A stretch of 64,000 nt of DNA, from assembly GCA_963841435.1 (NCBI GenBank), contig CAWJCS010000005.1:672001-736000 (forward strand), written 5' to 3'. Below are positions 10,653-19,147 of the stretch, piece after piece (positions within the stretch are counted from its first letter, which is position 1; the number at the start of each line of letters is the position of its first letter). The stretch comes from an uncultured delta proteobacterium (lineage in GTDB: Bacteria > Myxococcota_A > Polyangia > Polyangiales > Polyangiaceae). The position numbers were made by a program, and so were the translations under genes. Below the pieces are notes generated by a model that was not told the origin of the DNA, searched no databases, and worked only from the letters and a program-made list of their open reading frames with translations.

Positions 10653-13499
10653 TGCAGAAGGCCCTCCGCGTAGCGCCGGATGGCCGGCTCGAGGCGCGAG
10701 CCGCGCTCCTTGCCGAGCCCCTCGAGCACCCGACGGCGGAATTCCTGGGCTCGGCGCCGATCGTCGGCCGCCGGCACCGCCGCGTCCGTACCCATCCCGT
10801 GACCGTTTTCGCCGTGACGGTCGGCGTGGCGCTCGTCGCCCGCGCGCTCGTCGCCGTCGGTGGTGCGGCCCGTGCCGCCCTGCTCGAGCAACCGCTGCGC
10901 CTCGCGCTGATGCGAAAGGCCGGCCTCGCCGCGCCCTTGCCCGAGCTCGCTCGCGGCGTCGCGCATGGCGTCACGCGCGCGACGGAGCTTGTCGAGCATG
11001 CTCTCGGGCAGGCTCGCCTCGGACTTCTCGGCACGCTCGCCGAGCTCGCCCGTGCGGCGCTCGATGGAGCGCTCGCGCTCGGCGGCCTCGCCCAAATGCC
11101 CGCGCGCGCGCTCGCGAGCGTCGTTCTTGAGCGCCGCGCGCGCGCGTTCCGCCCACGCCTTCGCCTCCGAGAGCGCCTGGCGCGCCGTCTCGAGGGCGTC
11201 GCGGTCGGTCACGTCGGCGATGCTTTCAGGACGCTCGGCCTTGCTTTTCGCTTCGTCGGCGAGCCCGAGCGCCTTGTCGCCGCTATCGAGCGCCTCGTCG
11301 AGCTCGAGGCGCTCGAGCCGCTCGGCCATGGCCGCCCCGTGCTCGCGCGAGAGGGCCGCCGCCGCGCGCCCGGACCCTTCGGGAGCGCCGGCGCGCGGCA
11401 GACTCTCGAGCGCATCGCGCAGCGCCTTGGCGCGCTGCTGAGCCTCGCGCCGCATGGCTTCGTCGCCCGCGGCCTCGCCGGCCTCGACGAGGTCGCGACC
11501 GACCTGCTCGAGCAGCGCGCCGTGCTCACGCGTGAGCTCCGAGAGCTCGTCCGCGATCTCATCGAAGCGGCGATTGGCGTCGGAAGGAGGAACGTTGGCG
11601 TCGCCCTCGCCGGAATCCCCCGCCGCTCTCGACGCCGCCGGCACCGTTGCCGCCCGCGACCGAGAACGACGGGTCGGGCCGGCGGAGCCGTGCGGCGAGG
11701 TGCCGTGCCGCGAGCTCCGCGTGATAAAGTGAGTGATCGGCGACAGCGCGTCGGATGCGAGCCAGCTCACCTCGCGTCACGCTCGCGAGATCGTCACCGA
11801 GCTCGTCGAGGACAGCGAGGTTCCCGCGGCCCACGTCGAGCACGGCGAGAGCGGCCTGGGCCCGCTCGGTCGCGAGCGCCGCTCGCTCGCTCGTGCGGCC
11901 GTCGGCAAAAGCATCGGCGGCCTCCTCCGCCACGTCGCCGAGCCGCTTGGCGACCCCGCGCGCGTCCCGCGTGCCGAACGCGCGCACGGCCGAGTCCACG
12001 GCGAGCGCCACGTCCTCCACTCCCTCCGAGGCCGATTTGGCCCGGGGGGGCATTTCGAGGCGCCGCGCCTGACCGACGAGGAAAGTGCGGAGCCCCTGCG
12101 GAAACCGTGCCGCACCGACCGAGCTGACGCCCGCCGTGCGCAGCGCCTGCGCGGCGACGGCCCGTCGCTCGCCGAGCCCGCGGCGCCGCGTGGCGGCGTC
12201 GGCCTCGGCCCCCTCGACGGCCAGCCACGCGAGCACGTCGAGCACGGCCCCCCGCGCCTCGACGAGCGACAGGTAGCGTGCCGCCTCGGGGGCCCCGACG
12301 GGCGGCGGCCGGATCGTGACAGGCTCGCTCCGCCCCCACTTCGCCCCCGACAGCACGTCGTTGTCCTTGGCCTCGATCGTGACGAGGACGGGAAGGAACA
12401 TGCGCCGGACGAAGGGATCTCCGGCGTCGAGCGCCTGGGCACCCTGTTCGGTCCGACCCTGTCCGTCGAGCTTCTCGAGCACGCGCCGCTCCTCCCGTCC
12501 TCCCGAGCGCAGCACGAGGTCAATCTGGCGCAGCCCATGGTCGTCGGTCGCGCGATAGGCGAGCTCGAGGCGTCCGAGTCCCTCGAGATCCACGGTGCGC
12601 GGGGCGCCGTCGAGCAACACTCGGGGCGCAGCGTCGGGCACAGCCGCGATACGGATGGGCTCCGGCTCCCGCAAAAGGACGTCCCCGAAGCGCGCAGCGA
12701 CGAAGAGCTCGACGTGGTCTTTCACTGCAAAACGCGCCACGACCCCTTCGCCGCCCTCGGACCCGAAGGCGACCTCTTCGTGGCCGTCGGTGAGCACGAG
12801 CCGGCGCCCCGGACGCGCCGGGATCCCCCGGACCACGAGGGTGCTGCCGACTGGCGCCTGCGATCCGCTCGGGTCGGCGTGTCGATCGGCGAGCCTGAGG
12901 TACGGGGGGGCCTGGACGAGGACGCTCAGACCGTCGAGCCAGGGAAGCGACAGTGGCGCGACGCCACGGCGCGCCGCGAGCACGTCGAGCCCCTCGATGA
13001 CTCGTGCGGGATCGGACACCACCGCGCCGGCACCGAGCAGGGCAAAAAGGAGCGCGCCGAGCCGGAGCCGCGAAGCAAAGCGCTCGCCGCGGGCGCGCGA
13101 GAGGTCGCGCGGGATGCGCGCGATGGCCCGGCTCGCGTGCAATCGCGCAAGTGAAAGCGAGCCCACGTCCACCCCCGCGACCGCCTGATCCTCGAGCGCG
13201 AGCGCCCGCAAAATGCGCTGGTACAGGGCGCGGTCCTCGCGGACAAGCAGCCTCTTTACGACGAGGTCACGGCGGCGCGTGGCACGCCGGTCCCGCAGGC
13301 GAGCGACAGCGAACCCGAGCACGACCGAGCCGACGAGCGTCGCGGCACCGACCCGAAACGCCGTGGTGCCCCGCCGCGCGACGAGCCCGGCGGCGACGAC
13401 GGCGCAGAACGAGCTCGCGAGCAACGCGAGCCGCCAGGCAGGGCGGACGCGCGCGCGAAACGTCGCGAGGTGCTCGGCGAGCGTCGGGTGCCGATCCAA
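10649..13499 (-). CDS. Large membrane protein with Ig-like region and coiled-coil C-terminus (DUF4175-like); frameshift at a G run near 11620
   Basis: N-terminal TM helices, PPY and ATDDHGL motifs, C-terminal FRRRVLEGL..IRRYAEGLL; 4-nt overlap with the peptidase. Confidence 0.7.
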
Positions 13500-13558
13500 G
13501 GTGCCGGAGTCTAGCAGCGCCCCTTGCCTGGCGCCTCGGACGCGGTCATCCTGAGCAC

Positions 13559-14335
13559 GTGAGCTCCGAGCCACGGCGCATGCAGCGCGTCATCCTCGGC
13601 CTTCCCGAGATGGGGCTTCGCATCGAGTGGCTCCGCGACTACCTGACGACGACGCCCTGCGAACGCGCGGCGGGCGAGCTCGAAGCAGTTTGCGAGGCGA
13701 GCGAGCGTTCCGATCCGAGGGCTCGCGAGACCGTTCTCGCGCTGGCGCTCCTTTTGGCGCGCTTCGGCGACCAGAGCTTCGTCGGGCGCCTGCGCGAGCG
13801 AGCGGAGCAGCAGCACCTCTTGAGTCTCGGGCGGCTGCTGCGGCGCGCGCCGGCGCAGCCACGCTCGGTGCCGCCGCCCGGGCAGGCGCCCGTTCCCGAC
13901 TATGGCCGGGGCCGCGAGCTGACGGTCGGTGAGCGCCGCAGCCTCGCGCGCATGCCGAGCCGCAGAGCGTTCGACAAGCTCCTCTCCGATCCACACCCCC
14001 TCGTCATCCGCCAGCTGCTCGAGAACCCACGCCTGACCGAGGACGACGTCGTGCGCATTGCCGCGCGCCGTCCCGTGCGACCCGAGGCCGTCATCGCAAT
14101 CGCGCGCTCGGAACGCTGGCTCAAGCGCCCGCGCATCCGCCTGACCATCCTCTTGAACCCCGGCTCACCGCCCGACGTCGCGATGCCGCTGCTCGCCGCC
14201 TGCACGCGCACCGAGCTGCTCGAAATCGTCCACGGTCCCGACATGAGCAAGGTGCTGCGCGCCACGGCGCGCGAGCTGCTCGCGCGCCGTCCACCCCTGG
14301 ACCAATCGGACACTGCCGACCACGTGCTGCAGTAA
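13559..14335 (+). CDS. Conserved helical-repeat (LRV/HEAT-like) hypothetical protein
   Basis: Repeats LLSDPHPLVIRQLLENPRLTEDDV and IRLTILLNPGSP; coding-like codon usage. Confidence 0.7.
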   Translation: MSSEPRRMQRVILGLPEMGLRIEWLRDYLTTTPCERAAGELEAVCEASERSDPRARETVLALALLLARFGDQSFVGRLRERAEQQHLLSLGRLLRRAPAQPRSVPPPGQAPVPDYGRGRELTVGERRSLARMPSRRAFDKLLSDPHPLVIRQLLENPRLTEDDVVRIAARRPVRPEAVIAIARSERWLKRPRIRLTILLNPGSPPDVAMPLLAACTRTELLEIVHGPDMSKVLRATARELLARRPPLDQSDTADHVLQ

Positions 14336-14388
14336 GGATCGGGACGGAGCTCGGCGCCGCGGGAGTCGGAGCTTCGCCCCGTCCGCCG

Positions 14389-14655
14389 CTAGCCTTCGTC
14401 TTCGCCCTCGGCGTCCCACTTCAAGAGGGCCCCGACGGTGATCTCGGACGCACAGGCTTCGCAAAGCGGCGGCTCCTCGTAGCGGACCTCGTCGCCTCGC
14501 GTCCAGAGGAACAGGCCCGACCCCGCGGGCTCACCTTCGAACCATTGGCCGCAGGCGTCGCAATCGAAGCCGCGGCGCGGCCGCGAGCCAGGGCCGCGCG
14601 CGCTGCCGGGCTCGTCGGCATCGGCGATGGTTCTGACGTCGGGCGCGGGCATCAC
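14389..14655 (-). CDS. Small putative zinc-ribbon protein
   Basis: CDAC...CEAC pair; lies directly downstream of the Fe-S oxidoreductase on the same strand. Confidence 0.6.
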   Translation of the reverse strand: MMPAPDVRTIADADEPGSARGPGSRPRRGFDCDACGQWFEGEPAGSGLFLWTRGDEVRYEEPPLCEACASEITVGALLKWDAEGEDEG

Positions 14656-14706
14656 TGGTCATTATACCGCCCGTTCAACGGCGCCGCGCCACCCCGCGCG
14701 CTTTTG

Positions 14707-16863
14707 CTACTCTGCCGCCGCGGGCCGCGAGGCGCCCTCCCCGAGGCCGCAGGCTTCGGCGAGCAGTTCCGCAACGTCGAGATTTTTCACCTCGGTTTCC
14801 TTGGACTCGGCCTTGATACCGTCCGTGAGCATCGTCATGCAGAAGGGACAGGCGCTCGCGAGCGTGGTCGCACCCGTGTCGATGAGCTGCAGGGTTCGCT
14901 TCACGTTTACGCGGTTCTTGTTCTGCTCCTCCATGAACATCTGGGCACCACCCGCGCCACAGCAGAGCCCGCGCTTCTTGTTGAAGTGCTCGACCTCCAC
15001 GAGCTCGACGCCCGGGATACTCGCGAGCAGCGCTCGAGGCGACTCGTAGCCGTCGTTGTAGCGGCCGAGGTAGCACGAATCGTGATACGCGATGCGTCCG
15101 CGCACCCCGGCCCCGGCCTTGGGCACGAGCTTCCGCTCGGCGAGCAAGCCGAGCAGAAAATCGGTGTGGTGGACCACCTCGAGCTTGGCGCCGAAATCCG
15201 GGTACTCGTTGAGCAGCGTGTTGAAGCAGTGCGGGCAGGTCGTGATCACCGTGCGAGCGCCGCCCTTTTCGCGGTACCCGTTGAGCGTCGCGGCATTGGT
15301 CTCCGCGAGCATGCTGAAAAGGTACTCGTTGCCCGCACGGCGCGCCGGATCGCCCGTGCACGTCTCCTCGTCACCGAGGATGGCGAAGTCCACGCCGGCG
15401 CTCGACAGCAAGCGCGCCGTGGCACGCGCAATCTTCTTGGCGCGGTCGTCGTAGCTCGCGGCGCACCCGACCCAGAAGAGCACGGGTGCGTCGGGCTTGT
15501 CCGCCATGCGGGGCACGTCGAGCCCCTCGGTCCATGTCGTGCGGTCGACGCGCGCGAGGTTCCACGGATTGCCGTTCACCTCCATGCCCTCGAACGGCTT
15601 GCCGAGCTCGGCGGGAAACTCACCGCGGATCGTCACGAGGTTTCGCCTCATCTGCACGATCTTGTCGACGTAACTGATGTTCACGGGGCACTGTTCCTCG
15701 CACGCGCGGCAGGTCGTGCAGGCCCAGAGCACCTCGGGCTTGATGAGCTCGGGGACGAGATCCTTCGGCCCCTCGTTTTTGCCGTAGAGCCGGTCGCGCA
15801 GGTCGAGGGTCAGCTGCTTGGGCGAGAGCAGCTTGCCCGTGACGAACGCCGGGCAGTTGTCCGAGCAACGGCCGCACTCCGTGCAGGTGTAAAAGTCGAG
15901 GTAGTCCTTCCAGCTGAAGTGCTCGATGCGGGCGTAGCCGATGCGCGCGGCCGTGAGGTCCTCGCCCTCGGTGGCTTTCTCCACCTTCGTCATCAGCTCC
16001 TCGGTGCTCGCTGCCAGAGGCCGCAGCCGACCCTTGGGCGTCAGATCGCCGAGCGCGACGTTGGGCAGCGCCGTGATGATGTGGAAGTGCTTCGTGTAGG
16101 GCAGGATGTTGAGGAACACGAGCACGAGCGACGAGTGGGTCCAGAAGCCGGCGTGCGCCACGCCGACGAGAACCCCGTCGGGGAGCCGGGCGAGCAGCGT
16201 CGCGGCGAGCATGGCGCCGGGCTCCGGAAACCATTCGAGGGCGAGCGTCTCGCGCGGTGCGCCGAGCGGCGCGACGAGCGCGGCCACGTCGGGGCAGAGC
16301 TCGGCGAGCGCGGGCGGGCAGCCGAGCGCGTAGCGGGCATGGAGAACGACCGTGGCGCCGTCGTAGGCGAGATCGGCGACCATCATCGTGACGATGATGC
16401 CGAGGATCACGAGCCCCTCCCCGCTGAGCGTCATCCGTTTCTCGCGCCGCACGGCGCGCAGGTAGACGAACGCGAGGGCTCCCGCGATGACGAGCAGAGC
16501 CATGACGTCCTTGAGAAAGCCGTAAGCCTCACCGAGCGGCAGCCCGAAGACGGGCGACGGACCGAGCACCCACAGGTTGAAATCCTGCGAGAAGCCGCGC
16601 CCCCACAGCACGAGGCTCCGCAAGAGCAAGATGACGAAGCCCCAGAAGATCGCGTAATGCGCGACGGCCGCTAGGGGGTAGTTCGGCATCTTCACCTGCA
16701 GGAGCGCAAACCTCACGACGGCTCGCAGGCGATCCAGCGGACGATCGGTGCGGCGTTCCCAGGTGGGCGCGCCTTTTCTCAGGAGCTTCAGGCGGCGTGA
16801 CGCGCTGACGGCGAAAGCCCCCCAGAGCCCGACGAGCAGGGCGCCCATGAAGAGCGGGTTCAT
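14707..16863 (-). CDS. Membrane-bound Fe-S oxidoreductase, FadF/HdrD-like (TM domain + 2x[4Fe-4S] + two CCG domains)
   Basis: CTECGRC..CP, CTTCRACEEQCP, FWVGC, CPHC, YHDSC, LCCGAGG, ACPFC; His-containing TM helices. Confidence 0.92.
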   Translation of the reverse strand: MNPLFMGALLVGLWGAFAVSASRRLKLLRKGAPTWERRTDRPLDRLRAVVRFALLQVKMPNYPLAAVAHYAIFWGFVILLLRSLVLWGRGFSQDFNLWVLGPSPVFGLPLGEAYGFLKDVMALLVIAGALAFVYLRAVRREKRMTLSGEGLVILGIIVTMMVADLAYDGATVVLHARYALGCPPALAELCPDVAALVAPLGAPRETLALEWFPEPGAMLAATLLARLPDGVLVGVAHAGFWTHSSLVLVFLNILPYTKHFHIITALPNVALGDLTPKGRLRPLAASTEELMTKVEKATEGEDLTAARIGYARIEHFSWKDYLDFYTCTECGRCSDNCPAFVTGKLLSPKQLTLDLRDRLYGKNEGPKDLVPELIKPEVLWACTTCRACEEQCPVNISYVDKIVQMRRNLVTIRGEFPAELGKPFEGMEVNGNPWNLARVDRTTWTEGLDVPRMADKPDAPVLFWVGCAASYDDRAKKIARATARLLSSAGVDFAILGDEETCTGDPARRAGNEYLFSMLAETNAATLNGYREKGGARTVITTCPHCFNTLLNEYPDFGAKLEVVHHTDFLLGLLAERKLVPKAGAGVRGRIAYHDSCYLGRYNDGYESPRALLASIPGVELVEVEHFNKKRGLCCGAGGAQMFMEEQNKNRVNVKRTLQLIDTGATTLASACPFCMTMLTDGIKAESKETEVKNLDVAELLAEACGLGEGASRPAAAE

Positions 16864-16909
16864 GGGACCCGATCGTAGCAGGGGCGTCGCCCGCCCGGTC
16901 GGTTCGTCG

Positions 16910-17434
16910 TCAGCGCGGGTGCGTTAGCGCCCAAACGAGCAGCGCGAGGCCCACGACGATGGCCGCGGCGAGCCAGGGCGGCCACCGTTTGCGCTGGGTG
17001 AGCGGCGCCGGGGGAGGTACGGAGGCCTTGACGACGCGCGCGGAGCGCACCGCGAGCGCAACGGTCGGGTCGGACTCCGTGCTCGGCTCGACGCGCAAGA
17101 GCAGATGCCCCCGGGGCAGGTCGGAACCCGCGGGGGGTAGTCCCCCGTGCTCGGGAATGCGGATGACGAACGGCACGTCCATCTGCCCCGCCGGTAGGGC
17201 GACTTCGACCAAGTCGACCGGGTCCTGCCGCCCGCGCACGGTGATCGCCCCCGAGCGTTCGCAGGTGTCGCAGCCGCCCCCGTCGCAGGCGGCGCACGTG
17301 AGGTTTCGGGGCAGCTCGACCTCGATGGTCACCCCCCGCTCGACCCAGGCGCTTTCCACCCGGACGCGATGCAGCGCATCCGGCCCCCGCGGGGACCCGA
17401 GGTCGGTGACGACGCGCCCTAGGACTTCGGGCAT
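16910..17434 (-). CDS. DnaJ zinc-finger/C-terminal-like protein lacking a J domain, with C-terminal TM anchor
   Basis: CAACDGGGCDTCERSG, IRIPEHG, RGHLLLRV, hydrophobic tail; no HPD motif. Confidence 0.65.
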   Translation of the reverse strand: MPEVLGRVVTDLGSPRGPDALHRVRVESAWVERGVTIEVELPRNLTCAACDGGGCDTCERSGAITVRGRQDPVDLVEVALPAGQMDVPFVIRIPEHGGLPPAGSDLPRGHLLLRVEPSTESDPTVALAVRSARVVKASVPPPAPLTQRKRWPPWLAAAIVVGLALLVWALTHPR

Positions 17435-17440
17435 GGTTTC

Positions 17441-18139
17441 ATGTTAGACCGAACGCGCTACTTTCGGGAGGTTGGATTCTTGGACCTGATTTTGAGCTTC
17501 TGGGACGTCCTCAGCCACCTCGACGTCCATCTCGCGGAATGGGGACGCGCGTTCGGCCCGTGGCTCTACGTCATCCTGTTTGCCATCATTTTTGCCGAGA
17601 CGGGGCTCGTGGTGACGCCATTTCTGCCGGGCGACTCGCTGCTCTTCACGATCGGCACCCTCTGCACCGTCGCGGGCATGCCGCTCGACGTGCTTTTGGT
17701 CGCGCCCCTCTTGATGGCCGCCGCCGTGCTCGGAGACGCCGTGAATTATTCGATCGGCTACAAGCTGGGGCCGGCCGTGTTCACGAGCGAGCGGTCGCGC
17801 CTGTTCAATCGTAAGCACCTCTACCGCACGCAGGCGTTTTACGAGCGCTACGGCGGCAAGACCATCATCATCGCGCGCTTCATCCCGATCGTGCGCACCT
17901 TCGCCCCGTTCGTCGCCGGCATCGGCAAGATGCAATACCGACGCTTCTTCGGCTTCAACGTGGTCGGTGCCGTGGCGTGGGTGGGGCTCCTGATCGGCGC
18001 GGGCTACCGCTTCGCGGAGCTGCCCGTCGTCAAGAAGCAGTTCCACTACGTGATCTTCGCGATCATCCTGCTCAGCATCCTGCCGGCCGTCGTGGAAATC
18101 TCGCGAGAATGGCTGCGCGCCCGCAAGGCGAAGGCCTAG
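17441..18139 (+). CDS. DedA family membrane protein
   Basis: FAETGL..PFLPGDSLLF, YGGKTIIIARFIPIVRTFAPFVAG. Confidence 0.95.
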   Translation: MLDRTRYFREVGFLDLILSFWDVLSHLDVHLAEWGRAFGPWLYVILFAIIFAETGLVVTPFLPGDSLLFTIGTLCTVAGMPLDVLLVAPLLMAAAVLGDAVNYSIGYKLGPAVFTSERSRLFNRKHLYRTQAFYERYGGKTIIIARFIPIVRTFAPFVAGIGKMQYRRFFGFNVVGAVAWVGLLIGAGYRFAELPVVKKQFHYVIFAIILLSILPAVVEISREWLRARKAKA

Positions 18140-18241
18140 TAGCGCTCCCCCCGCCGTTCCGCGGACCGTGGCATCGACAGCGTGCAATCTGCCAGGGCGC
18201 TTCAGCGCGCCGACGGGCACTGACTCGCGCGAGGCGTCGGC

Positions 18242-18490
18242 TCAGGCGCTCGTCTTCGGCTCGCCCGACTGGTCGCTCGACTTCTCGGGCGCGTCCTTGT
18301 CGGGGCCCTTGTCGCTGAGCTGCTTCGAGTCCTCGGGCTTTGGCTCGGGATCGTCCGTGCTCAAGCCCTTCTTGAACGAGCGAATACCCTCGCCGAGACC
18401 TTTACCGACACCTGCCAGCCGGTTGGGGCCGAAAACCAGCAAGACGACGAGGATGACGAGGATCCAATGAACCGGGCTGAGCGTTCCCAT
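18242..18490 (-). CDS. tatA: Twin-arginine translocase TatA/E subunit
   Basis: MGTLSPVHWILVILVVLLVFGPNRLAGVGKGLGEGIRSFKKG. Confidence 0.93.
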   Translation of the reverse strand: MGTLSPVHWILVILVVLLVFGPNRLAGVGKGLGEGIRSFKKGLSTDDPEPKPEDSKQLSDKGPDKDAPEKSSDQSGEPKTSA

Positions 18491-18570
18491 AGCGGCGGCC
18501 TCCTGGCCGAGAGCCTGGTTAGCATAGCACCCAGGCGATCGAAAACATTCCCGGGCGCGCCGCGGGCCCC

Positions 18571-19147
18571 TCAGGGCCGCAGAACGCGTCTCCAGTCCTC
18601 TTCGACGCGCCGCAGCGCCAGCACGGCGCCGTAGGACCGTTGGCCGAGCCGCGCCGCGAACCGCACCTCGATCGGGGGCTCGGCGGCCCCCATCGACACC
18701 AGGCGGACGAGCACTCGGTAGTCCCCCGCGAGGAGCTCGCCGCGCTCGAGATACACGTTCTCGAGATTTCTCCCGCGACACTCGCCGTCGCGACCCGGGC
18801 AGTCGCGCTCCTTCACCAGGCCGCTGCTCGTCGGGCGCCCACTCTCGGCAAGCTCGCCGTTCGGGTCGATCACTCTTCAGATCGACGTCCGCGGTGGGCT
18901 CGTCCCAGGACACGAGAAAGTCGGCAAGCCCCGTCGGCAGCCCGCACCCTTCGTCGGCGAGCCCGTTGCCGTCGTCGTCGAGCGCGTTGCCGCAGAGCTC
19001 GGGCGCCGTGGTCACGGCCGGTCGCAAGGGCAGCTCCGTGGGCTCCACGGCGCTTTGGGGCGCCGGCGGGCGCGACGGCGCGCAACCGACGTGCGCGCCG
19101 AACAGCGCGAGCGCGAGCCAGGGCGCGCGCGCTCGCTCGCCGGTCAC
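18571..19147 (-). CDS. Lipoprotein with ELCxxxDDDxNGxxDEGC putative metal-binding motif and YfaP/DUF2135-like domain; frameshift near 18875
   Basis: AHVG-C lipobox; SWD..ADVDL continues as VIDPNG, RDC, ENVY, GDYRV in the other frame; GTGA overlap with the upstream gene. Confidence 0.7.
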
